64,000 bases of DNA from positions 576,001-640,000 of the forward strand of contig CAWHBU010000002.1 of assembly GCA_963827685.1 (NCBI GenBank), written 5' to 3'. Position 1 is the first letter of the stretch. Every line of letters starts with the position of its first letter. Below, piece after piece: positions 27,053 through 36,876 of the stretch. A program made the translations under genes and the position numbers. The notes beneath the pieces were generated by a model. It did no database searches. It was not told where the DNA came from and worked only from the letters and a program-made list of their open reading frames with translations. This DNA is from an uncultured delta proteobacterium (GTDB lineage: Bacteria > Desulfobacterota > BSN033 > UBA1163).

Positions 27053-27589
27053 ATGTTTACGTTAAAATTGGACGAAATTCCGGAAGAGGGTCTGGATCTG
27101 AAGTGGCAAGAGGAAAGGGCTTCCCTGGCAACCTACCTGAAAGACCTTTCAAACATCGACTTCGACTTCGAGACCCCGCTCCAATCAGAGGTCAGGATTA
27201 AGAGGGTAGGTCGATCGATCTTAATCACAGGGAAGGTCCAGACCACTCTTCGATTGCAGTGCGTAAGGTGTTTGAAAGAATTTTCCTATCCTCTCTCCAC
27301 TGCCTTTGAACTTACCCTTCACCCCTTGAAAGAATCTCCCTCTGAGGAAGAGACTGAACTGGGGAGTGAGGAGATGGAGTCGAGTTTCTTCGAAGGAGGA
27401 GAAATTCACCTGTCCGAAATCGCCTGCGAACAGATTTTTTTGGAAATCCCTTACCAGCCCCTTTGTCGGGAGGAATGTAAAGGGCTTTGCTCGGTATGCG
27501 GGAAAGATCAAAACCTCTCTCTCTGCGAATGCGTGAAGGAGGAATGGACCTCAGGCCTTTCTGCTCTTAAGAATTTAAAACTTGATTAA
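27053..27589 (+). CDS. yceD: DUF177/YceD family protein
   Basis: CVRCL and PLCREECKGLCSVCG; upstream of rpmF. Confidence 0.9.
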   Translation: MFTLKLDEIPEEGLDLKWQEERASLATYLKDLSNIDFDFETPLQSEVRIKRVGRSILITGKVQTTLRLQCVRCLKEFSYPLSTAFELTLHPLKESPSEEETELGSEEMESSFFEGGEIHLSEIACEQIFLEIPYQPLCREECKGLCSVCGKDQNLSLCECVKEEWTSGLSALKNLKLD

Positions 27590-27690
27590 TACCGCTATAA
27601 TCTGTTATGTGGAAAAGATATAGCCATTAGGCCAAATTGTTCATTCAACATCTGACCATCATTGCAACGGATGAGAAAGGATCTATTAGA

Positions 27691-27876
27691 ATGGGAGTTC
27701 CGAAAAGGAGAACATCTTCAGCAAGAAGGGATCAACGGCGAGCCCATAAAAAATTAAGCGCTCCTAACTTCTCTTTGTGTCCTCAATGCCATGAGCCTTT
27801 ACTTCCTCACCATATTTGTCCACATTGTGGAACTTACAAAGGGAGAGAGATCATCAAGGTGGAGGAAGAGAAGTAA
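27691..27876 (+). CDS. rpmF: 50S ribosomal protein L32
   Basis: MGVPKRRTS...CPQC...HHICPHCGTY. Confidence 0.97.
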   Translation: MGVPKRRTSSARRDQRRAHKKLSAPNFSLCPQCHEPLLPHHICPHCGTYKGREIIKVEEEK

Positions 27877-28001
27877 ACCCCGTTAGAGAGGAGGGGGATT
27901 ACCCCACCTTATTGGGGAGGAATTGGAGTCTTATTTATATCATCCTCGGCCTCGAGTCGAAGCAGTCTGCTATGAATAGCGGGGCTTTCCAAGGGGGTAA
28001 A
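27874..28001. repeat. TAAACCCCGTTAGA...GGGGTAAA element
   Basis: Homologous ends to 39335-39495. Confidence 0.7.
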
Positions 28002-28033
28002 TCATTGAGGATGATATTAGGAGAACGTGCAAG

Positions 28034-29089
28034 ATGAAGATCGCGGTCGATGCAATGGGAGGGGATTTTGCCCCTCAACTGATTGTTGAAGGAGCTGTTT
28101 TAGCTGCCAAAAAATATGGCGTCAAGGTGGTTTTAGTGGGGGACGAGGATCAGGTCAGTAAAGAACTATCCCGATACCCTACCTCGAAGCTTCCTATCTA
28201 CATCCATCATGCTCCGTTTGTGGTTGCCATGCATGACTCTCCCTCTACGGTCATCCGGAGAATGAAAGATACCTCTATTAAAGTTGCCCTCGATTTGGCA
28301 AAAGAAGGGCAGGCGAACGGGGTGGTCTCCGCCGGAAATTCGGGAGCAGCCATGGCTTTGGCGATGTATATCTTGAAAAAATTGGAAGGCGTGGAACGAC
28401 CTGCTATTGCTACCATCCATCCTACCACCAAAGGCAGCACGGTCCTCATTGATTCCGGGGGCAATGTGGATTGCAAACCTTTTCATCTCGTCCAGTTTGC
28501 GATGATGGGGGACGCCTATGCAAAGTATATCCTGGGAAAAGAAGAGCCTCGAATTGGTGTTTTGAGCAATGGAGAGGAAGAGGGAAAAGGAAATGAGCTG
28601 ACACGAGAGGTCCATGACATTTTATCAGAGACCGATTTGAACTACATTGGTTATGTAGAGGGTAGGGATCTCAATAGTGGAGAGGTGGATGTGATCGTCT
28701 GTGATGGTTTTGTTGGAAATGTAGCATTAAAAACAAGTGAAGGGCTCTGGGAAACCATCCATGCCATTCTCAAATGGGAGGCACAGGATAATGTCAGGGC
28801 GAAGGCAGCTTATTTCCTGATGAGGCGGGCGATTCGCCGGTTGGAAAAAAGATTAGACTACGATGAATATGGAGGAGCTCCTCTTATAGGGATAAACGGC
28901 AATTGCGTCATCTGCCACGGTTCGTCGAATGCCAAGGCCATTATGAATGCCATTCTGTTAGCCTTGAACGTGGCCAAGAATAAATTGAATGAACATGTCA
29001 TTCAAGAGCTTAAGGAGAAAGAAGATCTGTTTCGTCTGGGACAAAAACGTCCAGAGAAGGTGAATGAGGCGGTAAAATTGATACATTGA
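28034..29089 (+). CDS. plsX: Phosphate acyltransferase
   Basis: IAVDAMGGDFAP, SAGNSGA, KGNEL, CDGFVGN, YGGAPL. Confidence 0.96.
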   Translation: MKIAVDAMGGDFAPQLIVEGAVLAAKKYGVKVVLVGDEDQVSKELSRYPTSKLPIYIHHAPFVVAMHDSPSTVIRRMKDTSIKVALDLAKEGQANGVVSAGNSGAAMALAMYILKKLEGVERPAIATIHPTTKGSTVLIDSGGNVDCKPFHLVQFAMMGDAYAKYILGKEEPRIGVLSNGEEEGKGNELTREVHDILSETDLNYIGYVEGRDLNSGEVDVIVCDGFVGNVALKTSEGLWETIHAILKWEAQDNVRAKAAYFLMRRAIRRLEKRLDYDEYGGAPLIGINGNCVICHGSSNAKAIMNAILLALNVAKNKLNEHVIQELKEKEDLFRLGQKRPEKVNEAVKLIH

Positions 29090-29193
29090 GATTTCTGAAA
29101 AAGTCCAGAAATCTCTGATTACACCGATTGTAAAACGATTACACGGAAAAGAAATGCATTGATTCGATGAATGAGGGTTAGGAGGTAGAAGGA

Positions 29194-30366
29194 TTGGATT
29201 ATTTTCTCACGCCAGAACAAAAGATGATTCGAGATTTAGCGAAGAAGGTCGCCGAAGAGAAAATGCTACCGGTCCGGGCGGACCTGGATGAGAAGGAGGA
29301 GTTCCCGTGGGAGATTATTAAAGTCAGCGCGGAAGCGGGTCTCATGGGTGTCTCCATGCCAGAAGAGTACGAGGGCTTTGGAGGAGGCGTCTTAGAATAT
29401 TGTTTGGTAGCAGAAGAATTGAGCCGTGTCTGTCTCGGAATCGCCACCAGTGTGGTCGCAAGCGGTTTGGGCGCTATGCCCATCCTGCTTTTTGGAAACC
29501 CTGAACAGAAGAAAAAATATCTCCCTGATATCGCCAAGGGGAAAAAGTTAGCTGCTTTTGGATTGACTGAGGCGGATGCGGGAAGTGATGCAGGTGCCAT
29601 CCGAACGATTGCCACCCGAAAGGGGGAGGGGTATGTTTTAAATGGAACCAAGCAGTGGATCACGAACGGTGGCGAGGCGGAGATCTACTCGATCATAGCC
29701 ATGACCGATCGGTCAAAGGGACCGAGAGGAGCAAGCGCCTTGATTGTTGAAAAGGGAACCCCGGGCTTTACTTTTGGGAAGAAAGAGAAGAAAATGGGAA
29801 TTCGGGCCTCTGCCACACGGGAGCTGGTCTTTCAGGACTGCTTTGTTCCTCAACAAAACCTCATTGGAAAAGAAGGAATGGGGTTTATCGTCACCATGAG
29901 GACGTTTGATCGAACCCGACCTGGGGTAGGCGCCCAGGGCGTTGGATTGGCCCAGGGTGCGCTCGACGAGGCGGTCCGTTATGCCAGAGAACGGGAGCAG
30001 TTTGAAAAGAAGATCATTTCTTTCCAGGCGATTCAGCACATTTTGGCCGACATGGCTACTCTCGTGGAGGCCGCGAGGGCATTGGTCTATTCTGTCGCTC
30101 GCTATATTGATCAATCGGAAAATCCCAAGGAGATTTCAAAGGTCTCCGGAATGGCCAAGGTCTTTGCCAGCGATGTCGCCATGAAAGTGACCACCGATGC
30201 GGTTCAGGTCCTCGGAGGCTATGGGTATATGAGAGATTATCCCGCCGAGAAGATGATGCGGGATGCAAAAATTCTCCAGATCTATGAAGGAACGAATCAG
30301 ATCCAGCGGAATATCATCGGTTTGGAATTGAGCAAGGAATACGCTGGGAAGAAAGGACCCCGATGA
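29194..30366 (+). CDS. Acyl-CoA dehydrogenase (short-chain/butyryl-CoA dehydrogenase-like)
   Basis: TTG start after AGGAGG; AFGLTE..AGSD, NGTKQWITNG, KMGIRAS, REQF, GGYGY, QIYEGTNQIQR. Confidence 0.93.
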   Translation: MDYFLTPEQKMIRDLAKKVAEEKMLPVRADLDEKEEFPWEIIKVSAEAGLMGVSMPEEYEGFGGGVLEYCLVAEELSRVCLGIATSVVASGLGAMPILLFGNPEQKKKYLPDIAKGKKLAAFGLTEADAGSDAGAIRTIATRKGEGYVLNGTKQWITNGGEAEIYSIIAMTDRSKGPRGASALIVEKGTPGFTFGKKEKKMGIRASATRELVFQDCFVPQQNLIGKEGMGFIVTMRTFDRTRPGVGAQGVGLAQGALDEAVRYAREREQFEKKIISFQAIQHILADMATLVEAARALVYSVARYIDQSENPKEISKVSGMAKVFASDVAMKVTTDAVQVLGGYGYMRDYPAEKMMRDAKILQIYEGTNQIQRNIIGLELSKEYAGKKGPR

Positions 30367-31292
30367 AGTCAATCGCCTTTATCTTCCCGGGGCAGGGATC
30401 CCAGTATGTGGGGATGGGAAAAGAACTTTTCGAGAACTTCGATGTGGCCAAGAAGATCTTTGAGGAGGCGGATGATACCCTTCATTTCTCTATTTCCGCA
30501 CTCTGTTTTAAGGGCCCTGAAGAAGCGTTGAAGCTGACTGAAAATACTCAACCTGCCGTGCTGACGACGAGCATTGCCGCGCTGAAAGTACTCCAGGCGG
30601 AGAAAGGTACGGCTCCTCAGTTTACTGCGGGACATAGCCTCGGAGAATACAGTGCTTTGGTCGCCTCCGGAGCGCTCACCTTTTCTGAAGCAGTGAAGAT
30701 TGTCCGTCTCCGCGGTAAATTCATGCAGGAGGCTATCCCTGTGGGAGAAGGGGCCATGGCGGCTGTCCTCGGTATGGAGCGGGAACAAGTTGAAAAGCTC
30801 TGTGAAGAAATTTCGTCCGGAGAGGTTCTCACCCCTGCCAATTTTAATAGCCCGGGTCAGATTGTCATCGCTGGTCATTCGAAAGCGGTCGAACGGGCGA
30901 TCGAGAGAGTAAAACAGGAAGGGAAGAAAGCAGTCCTCCTTCCGGTCAGTGCTCCATTCCATTCTCCTCTTATGAAACCAGCCGGGGAGCGTTTGGGGAA
31001 AGCGTTGGAGGAGATCTCCGTTGCCGATCTGAAGATTCCGGTCGTGACAAATGTCGAGGCAGAGGTTAACACTGCAAAAGATAGAGTGAAAGGATTATTG
31101 GTGGCTCAGGTATCGAGCCCTGTTCGCTGGGAAGAGTCCATCAGGAAGATGATTGAAAAGGGGATCGAGCAGGTTTTGGAAATAGGGCCCGGGAAAGTAC
31201 TCTCAGGTTTGATGAAACGGATCGATAGCCGGGTGGAGAGTAAGAATTTAGAAGATCTCCGGACCCTAAAAAGCATAGAGCATGGCGCATAG
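30363..31292 (+). CDS. fabD: Malonyl-CoA:ACP transacylase
   Basis: FPGQGSQ, GHSLGEY, SAPFHS. Confidence 0.96.
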   Translation: MKSIAFIFPGQGSQYVGMGKELFENFDVAKKIFEEADDTLHFSISALCFKGPEEALKLTENTQPAVLTTSIAALKVLQAEKGTAPQFTAGHSLGEYSALVASGALTFSEAVKIVRLRGKFMQEAIPVGEGAMAAVLGMEREQVEKLCEEISSGEVLTPANFNSPGQIVIAGHSKAVERAIERVKQEGKKAVLLPVSAPFHSPLMKPAGERLGKALEEISVADLKIPVVTNVEAEVNTAKDRVKGLLVAQVSSPVRWEESIRKMIEKGIEQVLEIGPGKVLSGLMKRIDSRVESKNLEDLRTLKSIEHGA

Positions 31293-31470
31293 AGCATAGC
31301 CATATGAAAGCACCAAATTCCAAGCACCAAATATCAAATAAGCCTCAATGACCCAAATTCGAGCCTTAAAACAAAATCGGTTTAGGTCATTGGACGTTCG
31401 CGATTGGAGCTTATTTGGGATTTGGAATTTGTGATTTGGAATTTTGGACGCTATGCGCTCAGCGCTTTGC
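31272..31470. repeat. Inverted heptamer tandem arrays (GCATAGA; AAGCACC/AAATTCC vs GATTTGG/AATTTGT)
   Basis: Tandem 7-mers followed by their complements. Confidence 0.75.
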
Positions 31471-31496
31471 GATTTTCGGATTCATGGAGGGAAGGA

Positions 31497-32237
31497 TTGA
31501 AATTGACAGGGAGAGTGGCTTTGGTGACCGGGGCGGCTCAGGGGATTGGAAAAGCAGTTGCCCTGCTCCTGGCTCGAAACGGTGCCGATATAGTTGTGTC
31601 GGATATCAATCTGGAGAAGGCTGAAGAGACGGCAAACGAAATTAGATCGATTGGGCAGAAAGCCATGGCCGTTAGGGTGGATGTGGCCAATTGGAATGAT
31701 GTAGAGCGGATGGTGGAGGTCATCTTAGAAAAGTTTGCAAAGATTGATATTTTAGTGAATAATGCCGGAATTACCCGTGATAAATTGATCCTCAGGATGA
31801 CAGAAGAGGATTGGGATGCAGTGCTCAATGTCAATCTGAAGGGGACGTTTCATTGTACCAAAGCGGTCGTCCGACACATGGCGAAACAGAGAAGCGGAAA
31901 GATAGTCAGTATTGCCTCAGTGGTGGGAGAGATGGGGAATGCCGGACAGGCGAACTATTCTGCCTCAAAGGCCGGGGTGATTGGTTTGACGAAAACCATC
32001 GCAAGGGAGTTCGCGCAGAGGGGGATCAATATCAATGCCATCGCTCCCGGATATATCGAAACCCCGATGACTGAGGTCCTTCCAGAGAAAGCGAAGGAGG
32101 AATTAAAAAAGTTGATTCCCATGGAGCGATTAGGTAAACCCGAGGATGTGGCCGAAGCCGTACTCTTCCTCGTTTCCGAAGAATCCAGTTATATTACCGG
32201 TCAGGTGTTGAATGTGAACGGTGGCATCTATATGTGA
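31497..32237 (+). CDS. fabG: 3-oxoacyl-ACP reductase
   Basis: TGAAQGIG, NNAGITRD, YSASK; TTG start after GGAGG. Confidence 0.96.
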   Translation: MKLTGRVALVTGAAQGIGKAVALLLARNGADIVVSDINLEKAEETANEIRSIGQKAMAVRVDVANWNDVERMVEVILEKFAKIDILVNNAGITRDKLILRMTEEDWDAVLNVNLKGTFHCTKAVVRHMAKQRSGKIVSIASVVGEMGNAGQANYSASKAGVIGLTKTIAREFAQRGININAIAPGYIETPMTEVLPEKAKEELKKLIPMERLGKPEDVAEAVLFLVSEESSYITGQVLNVNGGIYM

Positions 32238-32262
32238 CGAATCAAATTAAGGAGGTGATTAA

Positions 32263-32499
32263 ATGTCCATTGATAAGAGGGTCAAAGAGATTATCGTAGA
32301 GCAATTGGGTGTCAATGAAAACGAGGTGGCTCCAGAGGCTAAATTCGTTGATGACTTGGGAGCGGATTCTCTCGATTTAGTCGAGTTGGTCATGGCTTTG
32401 GAGGAGGAATATAATATAGAGATCTCCGATGAAGAGGCAGAGAAGATCCTAACCGTTGGAGATGCTATTGAATATATCCAATCCCATGTCACTCAGTAA
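32263..32499 (+). CDS. acpP: Acyl carrier protein
   Basis: DLGADSLD. Confidence 0.97.
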   Translation: MSIDKRVKEIIVEQLGVNENEVAPEAKFVDDLGADSLDLVELVMALEEEYNIEISDEEAEKILTVGDAIEYIQSHVTQ

Positions 32500-32538
32500 A
32501 GGTTCTCACCCGGCACATGCTGAAGGAGGTGTGAGGTT

Positions 32539-33780
32539 TTGGGAAGAAGGGTTGTTGTTACAGGGATGGGGTTGGTGATCCCCGTTGGAATCGGAGTCGA
32601 AACGGCGTGGAAAAATGTCTGTGAAGGAAAGTCAGGCATTGGCGCCCTCACGCGGTTCGATACAAACGGATTTGAGACGAAGATTGCAGGGGAGGTGAGG
32701 AACTTCAACCCGGAGTTGTACATTGATAAGAAAGAGATCAAAAAAATGGATCTCTTCATTCATTATGCCATTGCGGCCACCAAGGAAGCCTTGGACGATG
32801 CCCGGTTGACCATCACTGCGGAAAACTCTGAGCGGATCGGGGTGATCGTGGGGACAGGCTTAGGAGGATTACCGAGTCTTGAAAGATATCACAAAATCCT
32901 TCTGGAAAAGGGACCGGGCCGAATCTCGCCATTCTTCATCCCGATGCTCATTGCCAATTTGGCATCTGGACAGATTGCTATCCAGTTTGGTCCCAAGGGG
33001 CCCAACACGTGTGTGGTTACAGCCTGTGCGACAGGGGGGCATTGTATAGGGGATGCCTTTCGTGCCATTGTTTATGGAGATGCGGAAGCAATGATTGCCG
33101 GGGGCACCGAAGCCAATATTACCCCGCTCACCATTGGTGGGTTCAATGCGATGAAGGCTCTTTCTACGAGAAATGATGAGCCAGAGAAGGCCTGCCGGCC
33201 TTTTGAGAAGAATCGGGACGGCTTTGTTGTCGCAGAGGGTGCAGGAATTTTGGTTTTAGAGGAACTACAGTTTGCATTAAAGCGAAAGGCAAAGATCTAT
33301 GCGGAATTGATAGGCTACGGTTACACGGGCGATGCCTACCATATTACTGCCCCATCCCCGGATGGCGACGGTGCTGTACGATGTATGAGGATGGCGATTA
33401 AAGATGCCGGGCTGAAGCCAGAGGACATAGATTACATCAATGCCCATGGAACCTCCACCCCGCTTAATGACTTGACCGAGACAGTTGCCATTAAAAAGCT
33501 ATTCGGTGCTCATGCCAAAAAGGTACCCATCAGTGCAACCAAATCGATGACCGGCCATCTCTTAGGGGCAGCCGGAAGCACAGAAGCCATTTTCACTATT
33601 TTGGCCATTCAGAATGGGATCATGCCACCTACCATTAACTATGAGGAGCCCGACCCACAATGTGATTTAGATTATGTACCCAACGTGGCAAGACGAAAAC
33701 CTTTAAAGGTCGGCATGTCTAACGCCTTCGGATTTGGTGGTACCAATGCCGCGCTCGTCTTCAAGAAATTTGAAGGATAA
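32539..33780 (+). CDS. fabF: 3-oxoacyl-ACP synthase II
   Basis: [32 protein letters not shown]. Confidence 0.96.
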   Translation: MGRRVVVTGMGLVIPVGIGVETAWKNVCEGKSGIGALTRFDTNGFETKIAGEVRNFNPELYIDKKEIKKMDLFIHYAIAATKEALDDARLTITAENSERIGVIVGTGLGGLPSLERYHKILLEKGPGRISPFFIPMLIANLASGQIAIQFGPKGPNTCVVTACATGGHCIGDAFRAIVYGDAEAMIAGGTEANITPLTIGGFNAMKALSTRNDEPEKACRPFEKNRDGFVVAEGAGILVLEELQFALKRKAKIYAELIGYGYTGDAYHITAPSPDGDGAVRCMRMAIKDAGLKPEDIDYINAHGTSTPLNDLTETVAIKKLFGAHAKKVPISATKSMTGHLLGAAGSTEAIFTILAIQNGIMPPTINYEEPDPQCDLDYVPNVARRKPLKVGMSNAFGFGGTNAALVFKKFEG

Positions 33781-33783
33781 AGC

Positions 33784-34236
33784 ATGCAGATTGGGTTGGC
33801 CTGTGACCATGGAGGCTTCGAGCTCAAAGAAGAGCTGAAGGCCTTTTTGAAATCCCTCGGTGTCAAAGCGATTGACATGGGTACCTTCAACGAAGATTCA
33901 GTGGATTATTCAGATTTTGGAGTCTTGGTAGCGGACAAGGTCTCTCGGGGAGAATTGGAGAAGGGTATCCTCGTCTGTGGTACCGGCATTGGGATGTCCA
34001 TTGTAGCAAATAAATTTCCGAGAATCAGAGCGGCTCTGGCCAACGATCTTTATTCTTCCCGTTGCAGTCGAGAACATAATGATGCCAATATCTTGATTAT
34101 TGGTGGTAGAATTGTAGGGAAGGAACTGGCAAAAGAAATCGTGAAGGTTTGGTTGGAGACCCCTTTTGCTGGGGGGAGGCATAAAAGGCGAATAGAAAAA
34201 ATCGAGGCCCTGGAAAAGGTAAACTTTAAGAAGTAA
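33784..34236 (+). CDS. rpiB: Ribose-5-phosphate isomerase B
   Basis: DHGG, CGTGIG, HNDAN, GGRH. Confidence 0.95.
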   Translation: MQIGLACDHGGFELKEELKAFLKSLGVKAIDMGTFNEDSVDYSDFGVLVADKVSRGELEKGILVCGTGIGMSIVANKFPRIRAALANDLYSSRCSREHNDANILIIGGRIVGKELAKEIVKVWLETPFAGGRHKRRIEKIEALEKVNFKK

Positions 34237-34420
34237 GCACCAAATCCCAAGCCCTGTGCCTAATATGGTGCAGGGCAAGCACCAAATACCAAATGGCAAA
34301 TACCAAATAATTTCCAATTACCAAAATTCAAAATTTCAAACAAATGTTTAGGTCATTAAAGATTGGAATTTGTGAATTGTTTGGGATTTGAAGTTTGTCA
34401 TTTGGAACTTGGAATTTGGA
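34236..34420. repeat. Inverted heptamer array with nested GCCCTG...CAGGGC palindrome
   Basis: AAGCACC/AAATACC units and complementary GGAATTT units; palindrome at 34251-34276. Confidence 0.75.
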
Positions 34421-34443
34421 CATATCCTCTCGATGGCTCACCC

Positions 34444-34941
34444 TTGAAAGAGAAAGAGAAAAAAAAGGTTTCTTCCCATCGACCCTCCTGGGAAGAGTAT
34501 TTTATGGACATCACTCATCTCGTTGCCAAGCGATCGACCTGTCTGCGAAGGCAGGTAGGAGCTGTCCTCGTCAAAGATAAAAAGATTCTGGCTACGGGTT
34601 ACAATGGGGCTCCCTCCCGACTGGAACACTGCTTGGACGTCGGTTGTCTCCGGGAGAAACAAGGAATCCCTTCCGGGGAGCGACACGAACTCTGCCGGGG
34701 CCTCCATGGTGAGCAGAATGCAATTATCCAAGCCGCCTACCACGGAGTGGAGATTCGGGGAGCTACCCTTTACTGTACCAACCACCCCTGTATTATTTGT
34801 TCGAAAATGATCATCAATGCAGGAATTCAGAAGGTCGTCTACGAAGATGGCTATGCTGATTCCTTGGCCAGGGAGATGTTCAAAGAGTCGGGAGTTAAAA
34901 TTGAAAAGTTCGACCGAAAGAGAGTAGAAAGTGGAAGGTAG
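34444..34941 (+). CDS. dCMP deaminase (ComEB family); start uncertain
   Basis: [32 protein letters not shown]. Confidence 0.9.
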   Translation: MKEKEKKKVSSHRPSWEEYFMDITHLVAKRSTCLRRQVGAVLVKDKKILATGYNGAPSRLEHCLDVGCLREKQGIPSGERHELCRGLHGEQNAIIQAAYHGVEIRGATLYCTNHPCIICSKMIINAGIQKVVYEDGYADSLAREMFKESGVKIEKFDRKRVESGR

Positions 34942-34996
34942 AGAGTGGATATAAGAAAGTCCACACACCACTTTCCACCTACGACAATCTAAAAAT

Positions 34997-35470
34997 ATGA
35001 AATGCCCCTTCTGTAACCATCCAGAAAGTAAAGTGGTCGATTCCCGATTGGGAAAAGATAAAGACACTATTCGACGAAGGAGGGAATGTCTCGGCTGCCA
35101 CAAACGATTTACCACCAGCGAGAGGGCAGAGGATGCCCTTCCATTGGTCGTGAAGAGGGATGGCCGAAGAGAACCTTTTAATCGCCTTAAGATCTTCAAC
35201 GGCCTGAAAAAGGCCTGCGAGAAGAGGCCCATCAGTATTAACGTGATTGAAAAGATTGTCAATCGTATCGAGCTCCATTTCCAGGAGAGAGGAGAAAGGG
35301 AAGTTAAGAGCACTGAGATTGGGGAGAGGGTGATGGAGGAACTCCACCGTTTAGATGGAGTGGCTTATATCCGATTCGCCTCTGTCTATCGGCAGTTCAA
35401 AGACATTCAAGAGTTCATAGATGAGTTGAAGGACCTCCTTGGGAATAAGGAAGAGGCGAAAAAGAAATAA
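34997..35470 (+). CDS. nrdR: Transcriptional repressor NrdR
   Basis: MKCPFC, RRRREC, ATP cone, AYIRFASVY. Confidence 0.97.
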   Translation: MKCPFCNHPESKVVDSRLGKDKDTIRRRRECLGCHKRFTTSERAEDALPLVVKRDGRREPFNRLKIFNGLKKACEKRPISINVIEKIVNRIELHFQERGEREVKSTEIGERVMEELHRLDGVAYIRFASVYRQFKDIQEFIDELKDLLGNKEEAKKK

Positions 35471-35601
35471 TCTCGAAATCTGAAGCGCGAATTTCCTACC
35501 TACCGCAGACTGGCGAAGCAAGGGTTTAAAGTCCAAATGTCAAAATCCAAATGTCAAATGAATGTCAAAGCTCGAAATCCAAAGGGTCGTTGACATTTGA
35601 C

Positions 35602-35706
35602 CGGAACGTGCCCCGCAAGCCCCGCCTTGTAGGCGGGGTTAAGGGGCACAATATGGAATGATATTACAATGCCGGGAAGCCCCGCCCTGTGGGCGGGGAG
35701 CTTCAC
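35602..35706 (+). mobile_element. Non-autonomous IS200/IS605-like mini element inside a heptamer array (35530-35750)
   Basis: Follows TTGAC, ends GGGGAGCTTCAC; homologous to 7751-7853. Confidence 0.72.
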
Positions 35707-35778
35707 TTTGGATTTGATTTGACATTTGAGTTTTGGCATTTGACATTTAAGTAACCGGTTTTGTTTAAAACTTAGCTT

Positions 35779-36876
35779 ATGGACGACGAACAATGGATGA
35801 AACGAGCACTCCGGCTCGCAGAGAAAGGAAGGGGAAGAACCTCACCCAATCCCATGGTGGGTGCTATTCTGGTGAAAGATGACAAACTGGTTGGGGAAGG
35901 GTACCATGCGAAAGCAGGAGAGGCTCACGCTGAGATCATCGCACTCCAACGGGCAAGGGAAGAAGCAAGAGGAGCCATCCTTTACCTCAATCTGGAGCCC
36001 TGCACCCATTATGGAAAGACACCTCCCTGTGCTCCGCAAGTGGTCGAAGCGGGTGTGAAACGTGTGGTCGTTGGGATGGAGGATCCCAACCCATTGGTAA
36101 AAGGCAAAGGGATTGAGATTCTGAGAAGTGCCGGCCTCGATGTTGAAGTAGGGATTTTGGATAAGGAGTGTCGGAGATTAAACGAGGCCTTTTGCAAATA
36201 TATATTAAAAAAAGAGCCTTTTGTTATTTTAAAGGCTGCCGCCACGCTGGATGGCAAAATAGCTACCCGAAATGGTGATTCCAAATGGATTTCCGGAGAG
36301 ACTTCGAGACGTTTCGTCCACAAATTGAGGAGTCAAGTAGATGGAGTTCTTGTAGGCATCGGGACCGTATTGAAAGATGACCCCCAGCTTACAGCCAGGA
36401 TCAGGGGAGGAAGAGACCCCTATCGTATTGTTCTCGATAGTCGTTTGAAGATTTCAGAAGCAGCCAGAGTGATTGGAACCCTTCCTTCAAAAGCAATCGT
36501 AGCCACAACAGAGTTAGCCCCTGAAGATAAGATAGAAAGATTGGGGAAGAGAGGAGCTCGGATCTTGACCCTCGATTCCAAAGAAGGAAGGGTGAATTTG
36601 AAGTCATGTCTCTCCAAACTGGGGGAGATCGGGATGATGAGCCTTCTGGTGGAAGGAGGGAGTCAGGTCAATGGTTCGTTCTTGGATGAAGGTTTGATCG
36701 ATAAACTTCTTCTCTTTCTCTCCCCTAAATTGATCGGTGATAACCAGGCTCTGGGAATCTTTGGCGGGAGAGGAGTATCCAACCTCCAAGAGGCGATTCC
36801 TCTAAAAGAAATTAAAGCAAGAAGAATTGGAGAAGACATACTTTTAGAGGGCTATTTGGAATGGGAAATAGAGTAA
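35779..36876 (+). CDS. ribD: Riboflavin biosynthesis deaminase/reductase
   Basis: PNPMVG, HAE, LEPCTH.GKTPPC, VEGG. Confidence 0.96.
   Translation: MDDEQWMKRALRLAEKGRGRTSPNPMVGAILVKDDKLVGEGYHAKAGEAHAEIIALQRAREEARGAILYLNLEPCTHYGKTPPCAPQVVEAGVKRVVVGMEDPNPLVKGKGIEILRSAGLDVEVGILDKECRRLNEAFCKYILKKEPFVILKAAATLDGKIATRNGDSKWISGETSRRFVHKLRSQVDGVLVGIGTVLKDDPQLTARIRGGRDPYRIVLDSRLKISEAARVIGTLPSKAIVATTELAPEDKIERLGKRGARILTLDSKEGRVNLKSCLSKLGEIGMMSLLVEGGSQVNGSFLDEGLIDKLLLFLSPKLIGDNQALGIFGGRGVSNLQEAIPLKEIKARRIGEDILLEGYLEWEIE

Noticed and set aside
34438-35313. 291-aa minus-strand ORF
   Set aside because: Antisense to the dCMP deaminase and nrdR genes, which are clearly real.
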